A stretch of DNA of 64,000 nucleotides from Octopus vulgaris (lineage: Eukaryota), in the NCBI GenBank assembly GCA_951406725.2, contig OX597838.1, positions 21,328,001-21,392,000 on the forward strand. Reading direction: 5' to 3'. The position numbers were made by a program, and so were the translations under genes. Shown piece after piece: positions 46,668 through 64,000 of the stretch. The notes under the pieces are model-generated. The model made no database searches and had not been told where the DNA came from. It was given only the letters and a program-made list of their open reading frames with translations. The first letter of the stretch is position 1. Every line of letters begins with the position of its first letter.

Positions 46668-47938
46668 TATATATATATATATATATACCGAAATGCAATT
46701 CGAAAGAGCCCGCCATTTACATAGGTGTATGATGGGTAAACATTTCCATATGCTACGATGGAGGCGATGGTTGTCTATCTGGTATGATGTTTATGTTTAT
46801 TCATGATATATTTTGGATCGCTTCACTGAAGAGCAAGGGATGTGGATAATGCGTTAATTGCGAAATCACAGGTGATATGGAGCTAAATTCTGTTTTTAAA
46901 TGACTCGCTTCGAGAATTGCATTCGGTACGATTTGTTTATATTTGGTATTTATGACTTTAAGAGTCTCTCCTAGTGTGTTGCATTTATGTGTAATAATGC
47001 CCTCTATACAATATATATATATATAGATAGATAGATAGAAACACACACACACACACACATACATACAAACAAACATAAACAGAAATACAGTTAAAAACAC
47101 ACATAATTATTCTTACAAACATACACACATGTATACATCTTCCACTGGTTTCAGCCAATGCACTGAAGCCATCATTACAGACCATTTTTAAAGGTTTAAC
47201 ACCACAACACATTTTCAATATGCAACCGATTTTATCAATATCTGTTTATCGAGTGGCTAGGTCACCTTTTTGGCACAATCATTGATACATCTACACAAAT
47301 ATAAATTACCCTAATTTTAACATTTTTTGTCCCATGCTCGCTCCCGTAGGATGGGTCACGATGGACTGAGAGAGTTACTAGCCCTCTTAGATGGGACCGG
47401 AATTGTATCTCTCTCATGCGTTCCATTTCCTATGTCTTAATGGTCTTCTCTGTTGCATATCTACTGTAATAATACTCTTGTGTCTTTCTCCGTCACAACA
47501 TATGAATGAGAAAGGAAGGGGTGATAGATGAATAAGGAAGGAAGGGGTGATGGCAAACTGGCAGTGGGAGTGTTTGTGTGAGTATATGTGTGCATGTGTG
47601 TGTGTATGTGTGTGCAATGGAAGTGGGATGGTGAATATTCAATGCTGAAAAGAAAAATCAAACAGCATTTCAACTCTCTGTTAGTATATATCTGTATGTG
47701 AATTATGTGTTAACTAGCGTTCTTTCAGTAAGAAACGATGATCGATGTCACGTCTCAAAAGACAACCACTAAATAACATTGACAAGCGTATTGATTTGAT
47801 TGACCATCCATATTTATAAATAAAATACTACAATTAGCTGTCAGTTTTGATGGCACAGGGCCAGCTAATTTATATATATAAATATATCTATATAGACACA
47901 CACATATATGTACATATATATTTACACATGTGTGTGTA

Positions 47939-47975
<37 letters not shown>

Positions 47976-48050
47976 GCATATATATGTATAACTATATATA
48001 AATATATACATATATATGTATAAATATATATAAATATATACATATATATG

Positions 48051-48090
<40 letters not shown>

Positions 48091-48352
48091 TATACATAAT
48101 ATATATACATCTATAAATATATATATATATATATATAAATATATACATCTATAAATATATATATATATATAAATATATACATAATATATATACATCTATA
48201 AATATATATATATATATATAAATATATACATAATATATATACATCTATAAATATATATATATATATATAAATATATACATAATATATATACATCTATAAA
48301 TATATATACATCTATAAATATATATATATATATATATATAAATATATACATA

Positions 48353-48384
<32 letters not shown>

Positions 48385-48980
48385 GCACACACACACACAT
48401 ATATATGTATGTATAACTATCAGTCTATCTATCTATCTATCTATCTATATGTGTGTATGTGTATATATGTATGTGTATATGTGTCTCTCCTTGCCTTGAC
48501 ATCACGTCATAGTTGGAAAGACAAATCTTCCTCATACAACCAATGTCCCTCCTTGCAATCTTCCATGAAAGACACTGTCTGTCTGGCCACAAGGAAATGT
48601 TATCCTTCCTTGGAAGCAGGTGTCTAAACCGTGACAGACTGGAAAAGCAGATGTAAAAACTATGGTGATGATGAAGAGTGATGAGGAAGCTGGCAGGGTG
48701 ACAGATAGCCTGGGAAGGATGTGGGCAATGGCGTGGGCGGTGGCAACAGTGCTTGGTCACCGACAGAATTGCTGGTGTTGGTGCTGCTGATGGTGAAGGT
48801 GGTGGCATCATTACCTAATGGATTTCTTCCTTTCTTTAAGACCATAGTGTGTGTGTGTGTGTGTGTGTATGTTTAATCTGAGTGAGATTTGGCTGCTATT
48901 TCTAACAGGTCGGCAGAGCGACGGCATAGAAGTACCTGTTGTCTCTTAGTGAACAAACGACACGATGACGGAGATGACAG

Positions 48981-62597
<13,617 letters not shown>

Positions 62598-62831
62598 CTG
62601 TCAAAGAAAACAATGTTAAACAACAAAAAAATTTTTAAAAAGGCCAATAACAACAACAATAATAATAATAATCCTACTATAGGTAGAAAGGGCTGAAATT
62701 TTGGAGGATGAGGGTAGGTTGATTACAATGACCCCAGTATTCAACTGGTATGTAATTTATTGATCCTGAAAGGGTGAACGGCAAAGTTGACCTCAGAGGA
62801 CTTTGAACTGAGAATGTAAGGTTAAACTAAA

Positions 62832-62871
<40 letters not shown>

Positions 62872-64000
62872 GCCCTGATGCAGTACCAGGCAGTGGCTCT
62901 CATGGCTTTTGATCTTAACTGATTGGAAGCGTTATCATGTACATTGTTTTGTCTTGGTATAAAAGATGGGCTACAGCAAATATTCTGCTCAATACCACAG
63001 ATTTGCTTGTCAGTTGTTTGACCATAACCAGTTGAGCATGTCCCTTAGTGGCTGACGATATGTGCATCTCTGATCACGAGCAGAAGTAGTGGGGGAGCAT
63101 CATAGCCATGTGTTGAGAGGGATTCTTTGGGGTTTGAATAATTCACCTATGGAAATATTGCTGTTTCGTTCAACATCCTTAAACAACCCTTATTCAGGGA
63201 CCTTTTGAGCGGGATTGACTACTCGACCTGAAAAAATTCTAACTGAGCCCTACTTACACGGTTCATGCGCTGTATATCTTGATATGAGATCACCATGTCA
63301 TGCACATATGGTTGAGATGCATGTGGCCGGTGTACCTTTATCAGATGGGTGGTCATGATGCGTATGTTGGATTTTATATATTTGTGCCCCAGTGTTACTT
63401 TAATAGATAATGATAAAAAAAAAAATAATAATAATAATGATTGGTTACAATTTATACTAAGAAATGAAGGATTGGGAAGTACAAAAATAAAACCATGTAT
63501 ACAATGAAAATAATGAAAATTTTCAATAATCAATTTTTATATTACATGAAAATTATTTATCCCGAAAAAAAAGGCATGCATTGCCTGCATACATCCTTCC
63601 CCACTGGTGTCTGTGTGTGTATGTAAAAAGCACCCAGTACACTCTTAAGTGGTTGGCATTAGGAAGGGCATCCAGCCGTAGAAACCACGTCACAACAGAC
63701 AGCTGGAATCTAGACAGCTCTCTGCTCGTCAGCTCCATTTCAAACTGTCCGATCCATGCCAGCATGGAAAAAGGATGCTAAATGATGATGAGTGGTTGGT
63801 ATTAGGAAGGGCATCCAGCTGTAAAGACCCTGCCAAAAACAGACAAAGTAGCCTGGGATCGTCTTCTACCTGGCCAGCTCCTGTCGAATTATCCAACCCA
63901 TGCCAGCATGGAAGATGGACGTTAAAGGATGATGGTGATGATGATGATGATACACAGGGTGTGGCAGAAGTAACACCCTTTCTCATTTGTACTTTCTTCA

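Overview
AT-rich, microsatellite- and SINE-dense animal genomic DNA; the repeat families resemble those I associate with octopus/cephalopod genomes (inference, not a database match). I reconstructed two spliced genes by hand, with GT-AG junctions and consistent phases. (1) An SLC34-family Na+/phosphate cotransporter on + (10 exons, 3458-25219, 574 codons including the stop; start codon not found). (2) A MAPKAPK5/MK5-like kinase on - (9 exons, 62597-48981; 5' part outside the window) with a ~420-aa Pro/Ser/Thr low-complexity tail and a possible extra exon beyond an in-frame TGA. Between them lies an intronless 197-aa ORF (40654-41247, -) with a ParB/sulfiredoxin-like motif pattern and acidic repeats, followed by three hairpin-forming inverted-repeat elements. 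The rest is tRNA-derived SINEs, non-autonomous Helitrons, mariner/piggyBac-type MITEs, LINE and gypsy fragments, fold-back palindromes with hammerhead-like motifs, a 28S rRNA fragment and three minisatellites (52, 75 and 16 bp units). Most ORFs in the supplied track are repeat or microsatellite artefacts.
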